A stretch of 62,183 nt of DNA, counting the filler, from Sphacelaria rigidula (Eukaryota): assembly GCA_964200075.2 (NCBI GenBank). It is 3 parts of 3 records of this genome, joined end to end, with 100 filler letters (N's around TTAATTAATTAA, not from the genome) between each part and the next. Parts side by side here need not be neighbours in the genome. Positions count along the whole stretch, not along the records: positions 20,769 to 41,429 come from CAXNAA020000504.1; positions 41,530 to 62,183 come from CAXNAA020000505.1; 1 more part is not named here. One strand, written 5' to 3'. The position numbers and the translations under genes were made by a program. The first letter of the stretch is position 1. Each line of letters starts with the position of its first letter. The notes beneath the pieces were generated by a model, which made no database searches, had not been told where the DNA came from, and was given only the letters and a program-made list of their open reading frames with translations. Shown here piece by piece: positions 37,559 to 57,100 of the stretch.

Positions 37559-37764
37559 TGTAGTGCGTGAGAGGACCGCGTGCGTAGAGGACCGCGCCGT
37601 AGTTCAAAATACCTCAGGATCGACGTTTTACGAAACCAATCGGGGTCAGTCCCTGCAGGTACCACGCCCCTGACCGTAACCCCGACACTAGCCCTAACCC
37701 CAACCATAGGGGTGCTCGAATTCCGATGCGGTCCTCTAAGCACGCTGTCCTCTCACGCATTACA
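37559..37764. mobile_element. TGTA...TACA MITE with CCCTAA core
   Basis: Same TIRs; perfect 5-bp flanking duplication CATGG. Confidence 0.9.
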
Positions 37765-37861
37765 CATGGTATATGTACCTGCCACATGAATCCGCAGTAG
37801 CAACACAGGAGCAACCCCACATATAAATGATGTAGTCAGCTCGCAGTATCGAGGATATCGT

Positions 37862-38054
37862 TGTAATGCGTAAGAGGACCGCGTGCTTAGAGGACCGCAT
37901 TCGAATTTGAACATCCGTATGGTCAGGGTTGGGGTTAGGGTTAGGGGCGTGGTACCTGCAGGGACTGGTCCGATTGGTTTTAGAAAACGTCGATCCTGAG
38001 GTGTTTTGAACTACGGCGCGGCCCTATAAGCACGCGGTCCTCTCACGCATTACA
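37862..38054. mobile_element. TGTA...TACA MITE with TTAGGG core
   Basis: Same TIRs; internal ggggttagggttagggg. Confidence 0.9.
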
Positions 38055-38780
38055 CCACCATCAGTCCAGAAAGGACAGTTCAATTCAAATAGTGGGCACC
38101 TGAAACGAGCGTAGGAGGTCGATCGTCCAAAACACCGCCGTGGGTGACCCAGAGAAGTGTGCGGTGCTCAAGTCGCATTATCCGCGGGATACAAACAGCA
38201 CGCTATAGCAATGAGCTGCCGAATATGTGTGTCCTTCCATAACGACGCACTTCAACTGTTCAAATATAATCTGGGGGCTAGCCTGCCCAACTTGGTACGA
38301 GTACAAGAGGTTCAATCATCCACCCAAGTCGCCACGCGACGCCCGTTGAAGTGATACTCGAAATCTCAGTCATCAGCTGCTCACTCAATACCAGCAAGCA
38401 GGTGCAGTGAAAGCCTGCGCGTCGTCAGCAACACACGATTGTATACTCGTTCGGATAATTTCAACACACTCATCCGCTATGGAATACTATATACCATTAC
38501 ATCACCAGCGCTCGGAACAAATCCCACCGCACTGTGTGCACTGACCTTCAGGTTCAACAACAGCGGTGGATCCACATGCCATACCCAGCAACAGCAAAAA
38601 AAAGGCTGTTTTCTCGCCTCGGATCTTCATGGTAGCCCTTGCTCTCGAGAAGTGAAGCTGCTAGGAGGTCGAAGGTGGTGTGAAATTGCTGTTGCACAGT
38701 ACACCGGAACGGGAGTAGTCTTGGTGAATGAGAGAGGAAGGGGTTGGGGTGTGGGATGCGGGGATGGGGGGGAGGGGGCG

Positions 38781-38815
<35 letters not shown>

Positions 38816-38900
38816 GAGGGAATAAAAAAATGGGATATATTCCCCGGGGGCGGGGGGGGGGAACGGTTTTTGTTTTTTTTGTTTTTTTTNNNNNNNGAGT

Positions 38901-38971
<71 letters not shown>

Positions 38972-39274
38972 AGGCACGACTGAACGGCATATCCAAATTG
39001 GAATATTTCACCCGGTGCCGAGCGGAGTATACGTCTTGTATTCTGTCCGTTTTTTCTCATATATGTGTCGGGGTATTCACGTCTGTGTGGTGCAGGTCTG
39101 AAAACCCGCAGTGGAGAAGGCCGAGTTTGAGGCGACCTGAAGTTTCGGGCGTAGATCTCAGGTTGATTTTTTTGAACAAACAACAACAAAAACACCGTTA
39201 ACCCTAACCCTAACCCCAACCCCGACCCGAGGAGTACGAGACCCGTGGGCAACAGGCGTGCATGAGTTCCCCTA

Positions 39275-39489
39275 CACGGGTGGCCACTGGGGTGCCTGTA
39301 ACCTCAAATTTTGACGTTAACCCTTAGACCGCGGTGGGCATAGTCCATTTGGATCACGCATACTTTCTTCAAGTGAAAATTGATGCCGATTCAGCAGGTG
39401 ACCTACCCTCGCAGGCTAAGGGTTAAGGCGTTGTGCAACGGCTGTGACGTCCGAATTCCAGGTTACAGGCACACCAGTGGCCACCCGTG
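39275..39489. mobile_element. Tc1/mariner-type MITE (TA TSD) with nested piggyBac-like MITE
   Basis: TA|CACGGGTGGCCACTGGGGTGCCTG...CAGGCACACCAGTGGCCACCCGTG|TA; removing the nested element and one TTAA leaves ~109 bp, matching 25360-25469. Confidence 0.85.
39321..39422. mobile_element. piggyBac-like MITE
   Basis: TTAA|CCCTTAG...CTAAGGG|TTAA. Confidence 0.8.
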
Positions 39490-40222
39490 TAGGCAAAGTG
39501 TGCGTTGGTTGGCAGACCTCACATCGATGCCGCAGGCGCTCATTTCGACAAAAACACGTTGTGGACGAGCTGGGTCCACCGCTCACCTGTCCCACACCAG
39601 AGTTTACCCCCGTCGACATTGTTCCGGGAGAATCTTCCGGCAGTTCATGCGCACAGCTCCACGTAAAAACGAAGGAGTGTGGTTGGATACAAAAAACGGA
39701 AGTTCGTAGTAGTGCACCGCAGCAAAGTACACCCAAGCCGAGGGTCCCCTACCGAGACTACTCTGACCAGCGAATGAACTACGGTGACGAATGGTGTTTC
39801 TGGTAACATTGCTTCCTCGTTTCTGACATGAAGGAAGGGTCACCCACGTGACGATTTCTCCACAGCAGCCAGCATTCTGAACAGAGCGCTGTTCGAGCAA
39901 CAAATATGCACTTCGTGGTACCGGAAAACGGATAGGAACGGGGGTATCCGCCCACCCCCGATGGACATCTATTGACTGCTCCTCGGTCCATCGGTGCCTA
40001 ATTCCTTTTCCCTTTCAACCCCTCCCCTTCCCCAGGATGAGTTCGAAGATAGCAGTCCAGTGTACGCACTATGCCGAAACATATCCACCAAGCCAAAATC
40101 GCTTCGTTCCTGGTCCACGGGGGAGAAGAGTGGAATCCCCCCCGTCGCGGGATTCTTTCTGATGATCTCAGCACATGCCGTATGCATTCTATCGTGTTGG
40201 TCCTATCCGGCAGGGGTCGCGC

Positions 40223-40444
40223 TGTAATGCGTGAGCGGACCACGTGCCTTTCGGACCGCATCGGAGTTCCAACACCCCTATGGTTAGGGTTAGGGTTAGG
40301 GTTAGGGTTAGTGTTGGGATCAGGGTCAGGGACGCGGTGCGGTCCTTGAGGGGACTGGCCCGATCGGTCTTGAAAATCGTCCGTCACGGGGTGTTTTGAA
40401 CTACGATGCGGTCCAAAAAGCACGCGGTCTGCTCACGCATCACA
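40223..40444. mobile_element. TGTA...CACA MITE with (TTAGGG)4 core
   Basis: Same TIR family; internal ggttagggttagggttagggttagggttag. Confidence 0.9.
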
Positions 40445-41429
40445 ACGCGTCCTCGACTTCTCGTACACAACAGCTGCTCATGGTCAGTCTACCACACAAG
40501 GTATAGTCTGGTACACTAGAAAATCGAGAGGCATGCACATTAGAACAGCGTACGCGCCAAATGGTCTTGAAGTAGCGACTCACCCTTCGAACGCCGGGGT
40601 AAGGCCGTCTGGGTCTCACCTTCATTTTTCTACTGGAAACAATGCTTACTCAACACGTGAAGGGCCTTCCCGGATGATGGAAGGATCAAGGCACATACAT
40701 CGGTGTTGGGGTTTCAAAATCGACATAGCAACGGTGCTGGTCTGTGTGGCTACTCTGTTGAGAATCTGGACGAAGCTGTTTACGAATATATATTCACTGC
40801 GTTGGAATGAAGTCGTCGCAGCAAGACAAGCAAGCGCTAAAACTTATGGCGGTTCAACAAAATCACGATCCACGTATCTTTTTCACCGAGTGCCTACTTC
40901 TTGGTAATCTATATATAGTCCACGCAAGGATCAGTCGAAAACAAATTTCGGGACACGTAGGCTGCCCCCCCCCCTCCCGGAGGACATTTTTTCGGAAATT
41001 GCCATGATTTTTTCGATTTTTGTTCTTGTCAAGTTTGTCACAAGGAATTGACCACTGAACACTGTTTTGATTATTTCTGTTAATTTTGTTACAAGAAATT
41101 TATCACTGAACGTTGACAATGACCGAAAAGTCTGATGGGCTTTGTGGGGTTCGTATATCTGCTTCTGCTCCTTGCCCGTTCTGCCCGTTCCGTCCCGATG
41201 ACCTCAGATGCCGAAGGGCGTTTTTTCGACAATCAAAATTATCCTGATTTATTTTTTCCCTGTTAACTTCGTTGCAAGAAATTGATCAATGAACATTGAC
41301 AAAATCCGAAAGGTTTGGTGGACTTTGCGGGGTGTATGTTTCACACTCTGGACAATGTGTGTGTTGTGTGTTGTCGTCCCATTTATTCTGGACACCAGTC
41401 TACACCTTTCGGTGTATGTGGGTGCATCA

Positions 41430-41529
41430 NNNNNNNNNNNNNNNNNNNNNNNNNNNNNNNNNNNNNNNNNNNNTTAATTAATTAANNNNNNNNNNNNNNN
41501 NNNNNNNNNNNNNNNNNNNNNNNNNNNNN
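41430..41529. other. Artificial contig linker (N-TTAATTAATTAA-N)
   Basis: Same structure as 20669-20768. Confidence 0.95.
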
Positions 41530-41713
41530 GCATGAGGGGTGAGCTGTATCCTGCTGAGATTGTTCGGCCCGAGGCCTACTGATTATCTTGCATTTGGTTG
41601 ACAGCCTACTATGAGTTGCTTTATTTTGTGCTATCGCCACTTCCAGAGACAGCAATGGCTTATAAGCTGCCTCATGGGTGCCTCACCATTTGAGAGGGGG
41701 GGGGGGAACATAC

Positions 41714-47843
<6,130 letters not shown>

Positions 47844-49573
47844 ATGGGCAAGCATGTGTTTGTTACCGTGGGCACCACGAAGTTCGACCCTCTGGTATGC
47901 GCTATCGATGATGCTATGGTCCTTGAAACGTTGTACCACAAGGGGTTTACTTCTTTGCTTGTCCAGATAGGGCACGGCGAGCACATGCCAACTTTCCCTA
48001 CAGAGGTGAGCTACAAAAAGCACGACCTACCCGATTCACCTTGCCTACGGAATGCTCATGGTTACGTCGCAGCTTTGAGAGACGTACACGTCGTCGAGAT
48101 AGATATGCGCGCAAGTACGTACTGTTGTTGCACTGTATCCAACCTCGCAACATACCCAAGGTACGTTGTCTTTGGTGATGAAGTGGGGTTCGCTGCGCAA
48201 AATCGCCCTCAGCAGTGACTACAAGTGTTACACCGACATCAAGGGGGTGCCTCACTGACTTCACCGGGAGTGCTGCTCTGCCCCATGAGCATGTCGGGGG
48301 ATCGGCATTTTGTTGTTGCCAGCCGCCATAGGCCGTGTTCCCGAAGTGGTGGCACACGTCGTCAATAACGTGCCCCATTTCACGTTGAGATGCGGCAATT
48401 TTGCTTGTACAAGTCCACCATCTCACAATGTCGCAGCAGATATTTTTTTACCGACACTTTGATGCTGGGGCTATTTTTCACGAATTAAGCCCGCTTGAGG
48501 GTGCTCGTTCGTGTTTCATGAAACATGACAATTATTCTGACGAACCAACGAACATGTCAAAAATGCGCACGCTCAAGAGCACTCCGACCACTCAAAGCCA
48601 AATGTGTGTGTGGAGCGTTAGTTTCAAAGACTCCTATATCCCTGGTATCAATATTTCCTACGGGAAAAATTCTCGCGTTTAAGGGCAAGATATCATCGAT
48701 CTGAAAAAGGGTTTACGCGTCCAGTACGATTGATGTCCTTTTGTTTAGTGCACCAACAGGCAAGCATTACCCAGCACCAAGTGCCCTTGCATCGCCAATC
48801 TCATCCGCCAATGCATACTCAGTATCAAGGTCCCAGGTTACGTACTGCTTTGCCAACTCGGGAAGCTACAAACTCCAGTGTCCATTTCCCTCCTGCAAAC
48901 AGGCGGGCATCTCGTGCGAATCCTACCGCTTTAAGCCAACGCTACAGCAGGATATGGCGAGGGCCGACCTGGTGATCAGTCATGCGGGGGCTGGATCCAT
49001 CATGGAAGCTCTTGGTGCGCGTAAACTGTCTTCCATGAGTCAAAACTGATACCATTGAGTTCCCCTCTGAAACCGCAGTGACAGAGTTGGTAGGCAATCT
49101 GCAAGCACTGTCTAGTTGGCTTTACTGTTTCGCTCTGAGGATTAGGCACGCATTTTTGCCCAGGTTGCCACACTCTGGATATGCATCAGGAAGTGATGGG
49201 ATTGTGCAGCATGCGTTTCCTGGTTGACCTCGTTGTCCCCCAGAATAATGACGAACGAAACAGCATTTTTCCCCTCAGGTTTGTAAACTATGTTGTGCTG
49301 GCAGGATTGGGAAAAGCCCTGGTCGTGGTGGTGAATTCAGCTCTCATGGACAACCATCAAGAAGAGTTGGCCGAGGCATTGGCCCAGCGGAATTACCTGG
49401 TGGCGACTACCCCAGAGGGTCTAGCCCAAACTCTGACAGAGTTTGACGACTCCAAAGGTGCAAGAACACCCTATCCTGCTGCGACGCCGGAAGTCTTTGC
49501 CGCGATCGTGAATGAAGAAATGTGTTCAGCTCAACAGCAAACCGCATACTGCAGCAGGGTGATGCCGCGATAG
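47844..49573 (+). CDS. ALG13: UDP-N-acetylglucosamine transferase subunit ALG13 (Glyco_tran_28_C), 3 exons, ~180 aa
   Basis: Exons 47844-48005, 48903-49014, 49305-49573 with compatible phases; motifs VFVTVGTTKFD, LVQIG, ADLVISHAGAGSIMEAL, LVVVVNSALMDNHQEELAEAL. Confidence 0.93.
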
Positions 49574-51125
49574 CCCCCCGCCAGAGTGGCTGCTTTGAGG
49601 AGGTAAAATCTACATGTGAGCCAAAATGACGAAACCCGACCACACCGAGAAGCTGGGAACTCCCACGCTTGGGATCGTTTTCGCCAATGTCGCCCATATG
49701 AGGTTCTTCGTGCGGTCTAAAAACAGCTATCATGCGTTGCATGACCATTTTCTTCGTGACGTTCTTGGGGCTGGTTTGTGTGTGTGTTGGGGGGAGGAGG
49801 GCTACCGCGGCATCACTCAGCATCAGAGCACCACGCATTCTAGCCGGTAGCCCCAGCACCAGGGAACAGGCTGCGCTGACTTTGGCCTTGACGTGGTAGG
49901 TGATGAGACGTCAGCAGCAGGAGACATATTCGCAGTCGCTGGGTTTGGCACGAGAGCACGGGGAATGAGGCGGAGTCACTCTGAGGGCACGTGAATCGTG
50001 GTGTGTGAGGCGCGCTGTGGCGAGTGCGGTGGCCGCTGCAGTAGTGGGTATAGTGAAGACGCACCTGCTGCACATCCAGTGTAAATCCATAAGTGCCCTA
50101 ATGCCCCCAGTGACACGCTCGCCAAGTGTCGACCATTTCGCGACGTTATGCCCCGAAGGGCACGCTCGTTAAGTTTCGACCATGTCTCGACCTGCAGCTA
50201 CCACAGCCCTGGCCACCCCACCCGTCGCTACACTGCAACGGTCGCTGTACGCAACCGCGACCGCATTCGTGAGATCTACAGCAACTCTGTTCATATATGT
50301 TCGGAATTCTCGTGACAATGCCTTCCGAGGGAGCCTGTTGTTATTCAGATATCGGAATGTATCTGGTGATGTATTGCGTCGCTCACGAAGTGCTGCACAC
50401 CGGCATCCACCTGTGAAGGGGGCGATCTTTCGGTTGAGGCTGTCCTCTTTTTGGTTGTCAAATATGATTTCATCTGTTGCTCATAAGTTTCATAAGGTGG
50501 CACGCGTTCCCCTGGGACGCGCTGTGCCGTGCATTAGTTGCTATCATGCTTCTCTCACGACGTTTTCGAGGGCGGCGCAGGTGCCCGTGGGTGAACAGGC
50601 CGTAGCGATCGGAGGACGTCTGTGCTGTTGCAACTTCCGCTCGACCGCCTACGAGCAGCTCTGCTTCTTACCTGTTTATACGCTACGCCGAGATCAAGTT
50701 TTTTTTTTAATAGCTTTCGTTGTGAGTTGTACTGCAAGCTAAGGAAAATAGATTATACGACCCTTGGTTGTTGTGTCTGTCATGTGGTTAGTCGTTGTTG
50801 TACATTTTGTGTCGTGGCTCTGTGCATTTCGCGAGTGTTGCCCCTTCTTCTGTGTCGTTGTGTGTTCGTATGTTGGCGTTGAACCCAGACGCGGTTGTTT
50901 CAGGGGGAAAAATAGCAACGGTTTTCCTAGAGTAAGTATATGTACCGATATTTATCATCTTTCCTGGAATTCCGCCACGAAGTGTTTTTCATCGTTGATC
51001 GCGGAGCTTGTCATATTGAGTCTATGTGCACCGGAGCATCCTTCTGGATGTTTCCCCTTATGAGCAAGACCTCCGAGTGTTACGATTTGTCGGACACTTT
51101 CCGGCCAAGGATGTTGTTGACAAGA

Positions 51126-54100
51126 TTATATGCTTCCTCCGGGAGCTGTAATCTTCGCCATGATGCGCGTAACTTCGTGCGATTCCGCATGTCGTGCGGT
51201 GGGTGTGTTGGATGTCACGCTCTCTGTTAGGTCGCTGGATGCCTTATGAGCCAAGAAGCAGCCCTGACACTGCGCGGAGCAAGAATTGAATTAGGGGGGC
51301 GGTGACGATGCCTCACTGTTTGTTGTGTTTTTTTGCCTAGTCACCGTAAGATATATACACACACGCACCACTTGGCCGCTGAAGGCGTTACGAGGCAATG
51401 CTGGCTGTGCACTCGCCCGTCCAGTTTTCAACACGCCAAACTCCGCGCAGTTCCGCCTGAGATGGACGGGGCTCGGATTGATCGATCGATTGGTTGATTG
51501 ACTGTCGTACTTCAACTGATCCCCCAGGGATCCAGCCGTGGTCGCATGGTGACGTACCCGAGACAAACAAAAGTGAAGCACTCACTGGAGAAAAACGACC
51601 CCCTTTCCCCGAAAAGGTAGAGCAGACAAACAGCGTGGACTAAATACATAAAATACAAGAGAAATGGAGAGAACATTGGGAAAAAATAGAGATGGCCCGC
51701 CTCTGCTACATGGCTCCGGTGGAAAAGGTCTTGACCAGAAACCTCACTCATACCCAATTGTAGAAAACAAGAGGCCGTGGAAAAATATTGCGGTTCATCT
51801 ACCACGACCTTACAATATTGGGTATTGCCCTGAGACTGGCCAATGAGGAAGGAGACGCATACGTGTACCTTCCACACTCAACTCGACACCAAGGAGTACA
51901 CGTGTTCGTTTGATTGGGAGGTTCTATACTTACCAAATCGTAGTCTTCGCAGATCTCGCAGTGGTATCGCTCGGTATCGCAAGGCATGACTCTGCCGCAG
52001 ACGTCACATTGGTATTCCGGGTATTCCTCGTCTGTGTCCGTCACCCATTCATAATCATCTTCATCTTGGTTGATATTTTGCAGCGTGAGGCTCTTTCCGC
52101 TTCGTTGCACCGATATTGTGGTCTGTTCCTAGCCACATGAGCAAGCGCAGGTGCAACATGGTGAACCGTAGGAAGCATGACGCGTGCAAGTGACGTTATG
52201 ACAGAGAGCGATTCTTGTTCGTGCTACCCACCAGTTCAACGACAGTCGATTGATTGATTGATCGGTCAACTGTGGAGCAGTCACATCACTGTTCCGCTAC
52301 GAACCCAGTCGTGGCCGTAAGACAGAGGTGCAAACTGAAAAGAAGGGGAGAAAGAAGAAATACGAAAGCAAAAACGAACGACAAAAAACAAAAGATAGGA
52401 AGATGTTAAACGAGAGACACCCCAGGCTGAGACCGAGAACCAGTCTCGGAGTAAGACCGACACACGCTCTTGCCACATGGTCGCTTCAGGCAGGAAACTT
52501 ACACACAGAAAACAAATGCGAACACAAAAACAGCACAAAACGGCAAGATAAGATAGCGAAGGTATCTTTATACTATACGCGCTTGTCAAATCCCCACGCG
52601 CGTTTTATTGCACCGCGGGTTGTTGAAGAGCGTACGCTGGTCGTCACTCATGAGGAAGACACATTTTTTTGTATCCTATTGCATGAAGCCAAGCCTTCAT
52701 TCAGAAGCCTCCATGACTCGCCTCGGCGACCATTTTCGTGTGACGAGAACTGCCGGCGACGGTCGACCGCTTGATCGTACATCTGTAAAAAACATCGACA
52801 GGTTTGGTATTTTGAAAGGGTACTGCAGCCCGGATTCTCCAATGTGTCAGATTGCATGCGGCGTTAGCTGCACGGTGTTACTCAGTGTTGATTTGTTCCA
52901 ATTCCTGTAACACTAGACTTCTTCCAAAATGCTGCACGTGTGCTCACCCCTTGGGCTTCCCCGTGTCGTTTGCCTCTATGCCTCCGTGTTTGCGTATTCC
53001 CAACCCCGTACAGGATCCGCTTCACATGTTGCACCCGGCACAACCCGCACCGACGAAATTTGTGTTCGCACAGCCTCCCATGTCCCCTTCCGCCCTCCCC
53101 TCCGCAGCAGATGCACACAACGATTACGGGGGTATCGGGGGTATCACCGTCTCCGGAGATTCCTTCGTGTTTTGTGGTCGATGCGTCGGGTAGTCCACCA
53201 ATCGTTGGCATTGGGTCACGGGAATGCCGAAGTTTTTTCGTGGTTGTCATCACTGTTGGGGAAATTATACATTTGCTGGGCACAGCGGAGGACGCTATGG
53301 GCGCAACAGTAGATTCAATTGCTGGAAGCGAGATTCCCAGCGTATTCTCATCGGAGTCGCGTACCTCGTCACTTTCGGGGCCCGCGCTACCATCCGTTTG
53401 CAATGCGGCGGTTTTGGAATCGTCGATGTCACCAGCTTGCCTCCTAGAGCGCCGTTTTATCGCGTTGTCCTGGGTTCCCGCTGGTGGGTCACCCATAAGT
53501 CTCTTTACTTCGCTGGTGGATCCATGATTGAGAGTACCCCGCGCGTCTCCACCAACTAGATGCAGTGCGTTGACATGGTGGCGGCCATGCTTAGCGTGAT
53601 ACTCATCAATCATCTTGTTCAGCATTTCTAGACGTAACGCGCGTTTCTTAGCCATCTCTTCCGCGGGTAAGTCAAGGGAATCAGATAGCAGTGCGCGTTG
53701 CGCTTTCGCTTTGTTGTCCGCTCCCCGTTCGGTCTCACTCTCTTCATCATCCCCCGGCCACGGAACACACTGCCAAATATTAGATGACATACAGCCGTGT
53801 GTGCTGGAAAATTACTGTTGACTCAAGGATTTCGGCGCTCCGCGTTTAGCGGCGAACATATGGCAGGGGATGTTTTTGTGCACAACCTTGGCACAACTAG
53901 GACTTATGCTTGAGATTGTCCCTGGAATTGTCTCTAAAGGTACGTGGTCCTTCAAGTGAATCATTTTGCATGTTTGATCTTTCTCCAAAGCTCACTTATC
54001 TACATGAGCAACAACACGTTCCTTCTGGCATCGCCAGCGTCAACCCGGGATTCCCTACATTATGACTCACCCGTATATTTGGGTATCCCTGCATAATCGT

Positions 54101-57100
54101 GCAATCTCTGTCTTGGACATGAATACCAGAACATGAATATCCTTCCCGAGCGTCCACCTGGGACCTCAAATCTATCTGAGATATCCATCGAACCTAAAAT
54201 GCTTTCGATGGACATGCACCTGGGGTGTCAGGTATGCGTAGGACAAACAATTTAAACTTACACGTCCACCTGACTTGTGGCTGTCCACCTGCGATATGGA
54301 CATCTCTCTGGATACCCACCTGGGTGCTCATATGTATCTGGATTGCTCATGATAGAGGTCCGTTTGGGTCTCGTCGAGAATCGACATGAGATGCCCATCC
54401 ATAACGCTTGTTCGGAAGGCTCGCCTGGAATGTCGGGTCCAACTGGGAAATCTCTCGGGAACTAAGATGTCTCAGATGAGCCTTTTATTTCCGATACCGG
54501 AGGATTTACTGGGACGGCTACGAGGACCTCGGGTGTCCACGTGAAACCATCCACCTACTGATGCAGGCCCATTCGCCCGTGCTATCAACTCAACTTCACC
54601 AACCCTAACCATAGCCCTAACCCCGACCTGAACCTGTGAACAATCTGTGCGCTGGCGACCATGTATCGAAGTGGGGTGTGCCGGCAGGGCCTAGTACATT
54701 ATGCGCTTGTAGGATATATATCTCGCCAAGGCTAGCGTGTGCTGGTAAAACATTAACCAGTGTGAGTTGGTAGGGCATGCATCTTCGTATGCGTGCGCTG
54801 AGACAGCTTCGTGCGATGTACCCAAAGGTGGACATCCCAGACAGATACTCCAGATGAATTCAGGGTCTTAGGTGGGTGTCCCAGACTGACGTCAACCTTC
54901 CCCATGGATGTCCTTCGTGAATATCTCAATTAGACATCCATATTTTTCTTGGGTGGGCCTGAGGTCCCAGATACACGTCTCGGATGAATGTCCGCGTCCC
55001 AGATGAACATCCACCTGGGATGTCCCAGGTTCAGAAAAATTTACCGAATGGATCGGAGCTCCCAGGTGAACGGGCCAGATGGACCCCATGTCTCAAATAT
55101 AAGTTGCGTGGTGGTGCACGACGGTATCTCTTTGCACGCACCAATGGCACCTGCATCTTTCTCCGTCAACCTTCAAATACGCAAGCCCACATCTCGAGTC
55201 TACACCATCGCGAACCAACCCGTATTTCACTACACCATCCTTCACCTGCGCGCTTTGGTGTTCCTTCTCTTCTTCTTTGGAGACGATCAAGTCGAACCCA
55301 ATCGGTTTCACCCCCTGTGGCCCTCCCCCTCCAGTGGAGACACTCCCCGACCGCCGTCGCAGTGCCTGATGGGCCAATCGTTTCTTCAGGAGTCGACTCG
55401 TTCGGCTTCGAAATCCGGCGCCCAGCAATCCCGCCAATTGATCCGCCAACCTTTCCCGGAAAGCTTCCATGTTTGATGGCGGCCGGTGTGCGGGTATGCA
55501 AGTGCTGGCTGCGGGGGAACAACGATTGAGATGACGCATGCTTGGGTACGTGTGGAAGCTAGAGGTGGTGCAAGGGATGGGGTCTCTCTCTTGAGCTCTT
55601 TGGTGAAGGGAATGCAGCCCTGATGCAAAGCCTCGAAGGGAAACGTGGTACTAATTATTCCACAGGAAGGAGGAGAAAGACGAGGTAAATTGAGTTTTCG
55701 TTGCATCTCGAGAGCGACAGTGACTCCCTCGACACTTTTGCCTTACGTCCAACGGAAAATACTTGAGGTTCTCACGAAAAATCTAACGATAATGATACCA
55801 TCATCGCTATCTTTGACCAAAATATCCAAATATCATGTGAAAGTCGCGTCAATATGCTACTGCTTGATATGCTACCAGTTCAAATATTGGGTGATGTCTA
55901 AGTTGCGTCTTCTTCCGTGAGCGTCCATCAACCATACGGCGCGACGCTGGTTCCTCTCATTTGCAAAGGACAGCACGCGAAGGCACCATGGGTATTCCCT
56001 ATGAAATGCCAACGTTTCGTGCCTGTCCATTTTTCAAGCGAAACGGTCGATGATGCGAGCACGGGACCCTCTTCGAAATCCCGGGCTTCTATGAGCATCT
56101 GCCGTCCGGCATCCTTGATACACACGTGCACCCCTTCCGAATGAGTACCCAGCCGTGCTAGTGTCAGGGTGCCAGACCAGTACGTTACAGGGATATGTGA
56201 GGCGATGATCGGCTTGTCACCACACAACGCCACCTGAACACGAAGTGGAAGTTGGCCAAGGGGGAAGAGAATTGGCTGTGATTGGGGGATAGCGGCACAG
56301 CTTCTTGTAAGGAAGGTACGGTGCGCATAAGCACACCGTGTCCAGGATGCTGGATGGGTTCGTTTACATCGAACCGCCGTCCGCATCACGCTGCAGCGTG
56401 CGCAGAGTCAATTCATTTTTGACATCTGTGCAAGTATAAAAAAGCACCCGACTAGAGAAGGGGCGCCTTTATACATGTTGACGCCTCCATGCCTTTTCTC
56501 TGACCAGATGCTTGCACATCACCAAACACACGCCTCACCTGGTACATCAATCGCCTGGCCAGGTATTGTCTCCAAGGATGGTCCAGCCACAGTAACTCTC
56601 CAAGGCCGGTCCCTCTCCACGCCTCCACCCCAAACGTTTCCTCAAGGCAACTTGCTTCCCTACCGCCCTTCCCCATCTCATCATCTTCCATTTGTATTTG
56701 TACTGCTAGAACTTGGCCTTGATCTCTAACCGTGACTCTTCTCCTTAGTCCACGGTGCTCTTCTACGGAGTACACGGGATCTGACATTTGCTCGCGATCA
56801 CGTATAATAGCAGACATGCATACATCCGCGAAATCGTATTTAGATTTTGGTGCGGATTTATCCGGCAAGGTGGCTTCTGATTCAGCCAAGTTTGATTTTC
56901 TCCTGCCCAGACTCGAGACGTTACCCACAATCGGCGCATTGGGGTGCCGGAGTTCTCGTTCCTTGGCGGCGTTCACCAGACGTGTGGAGGAAGCAAGACT
57001 CGGCTTGAGACGCAAGCAGGCGGTGCTTGCTGACGAGTCCGATTTGTGGTCAACAGCACTCAAGTAATGCAGCTCCAAGTCGGCATACTCTCGTTCTTGA

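Noticed and set aside
38760-38970. Poly-Pro/poly-Gly ORFs and G-rich tract (also 44325-44480)
   Set aside because: Poly-G next to Ns; low-quality sequence, likely a sequencing artefact
39199-39228. True telomere (CCCTAA repeats; also ~54600-54625)
   Set aside because: Only 2-4 degenerate interstitial units with ordinary sequence on both sides
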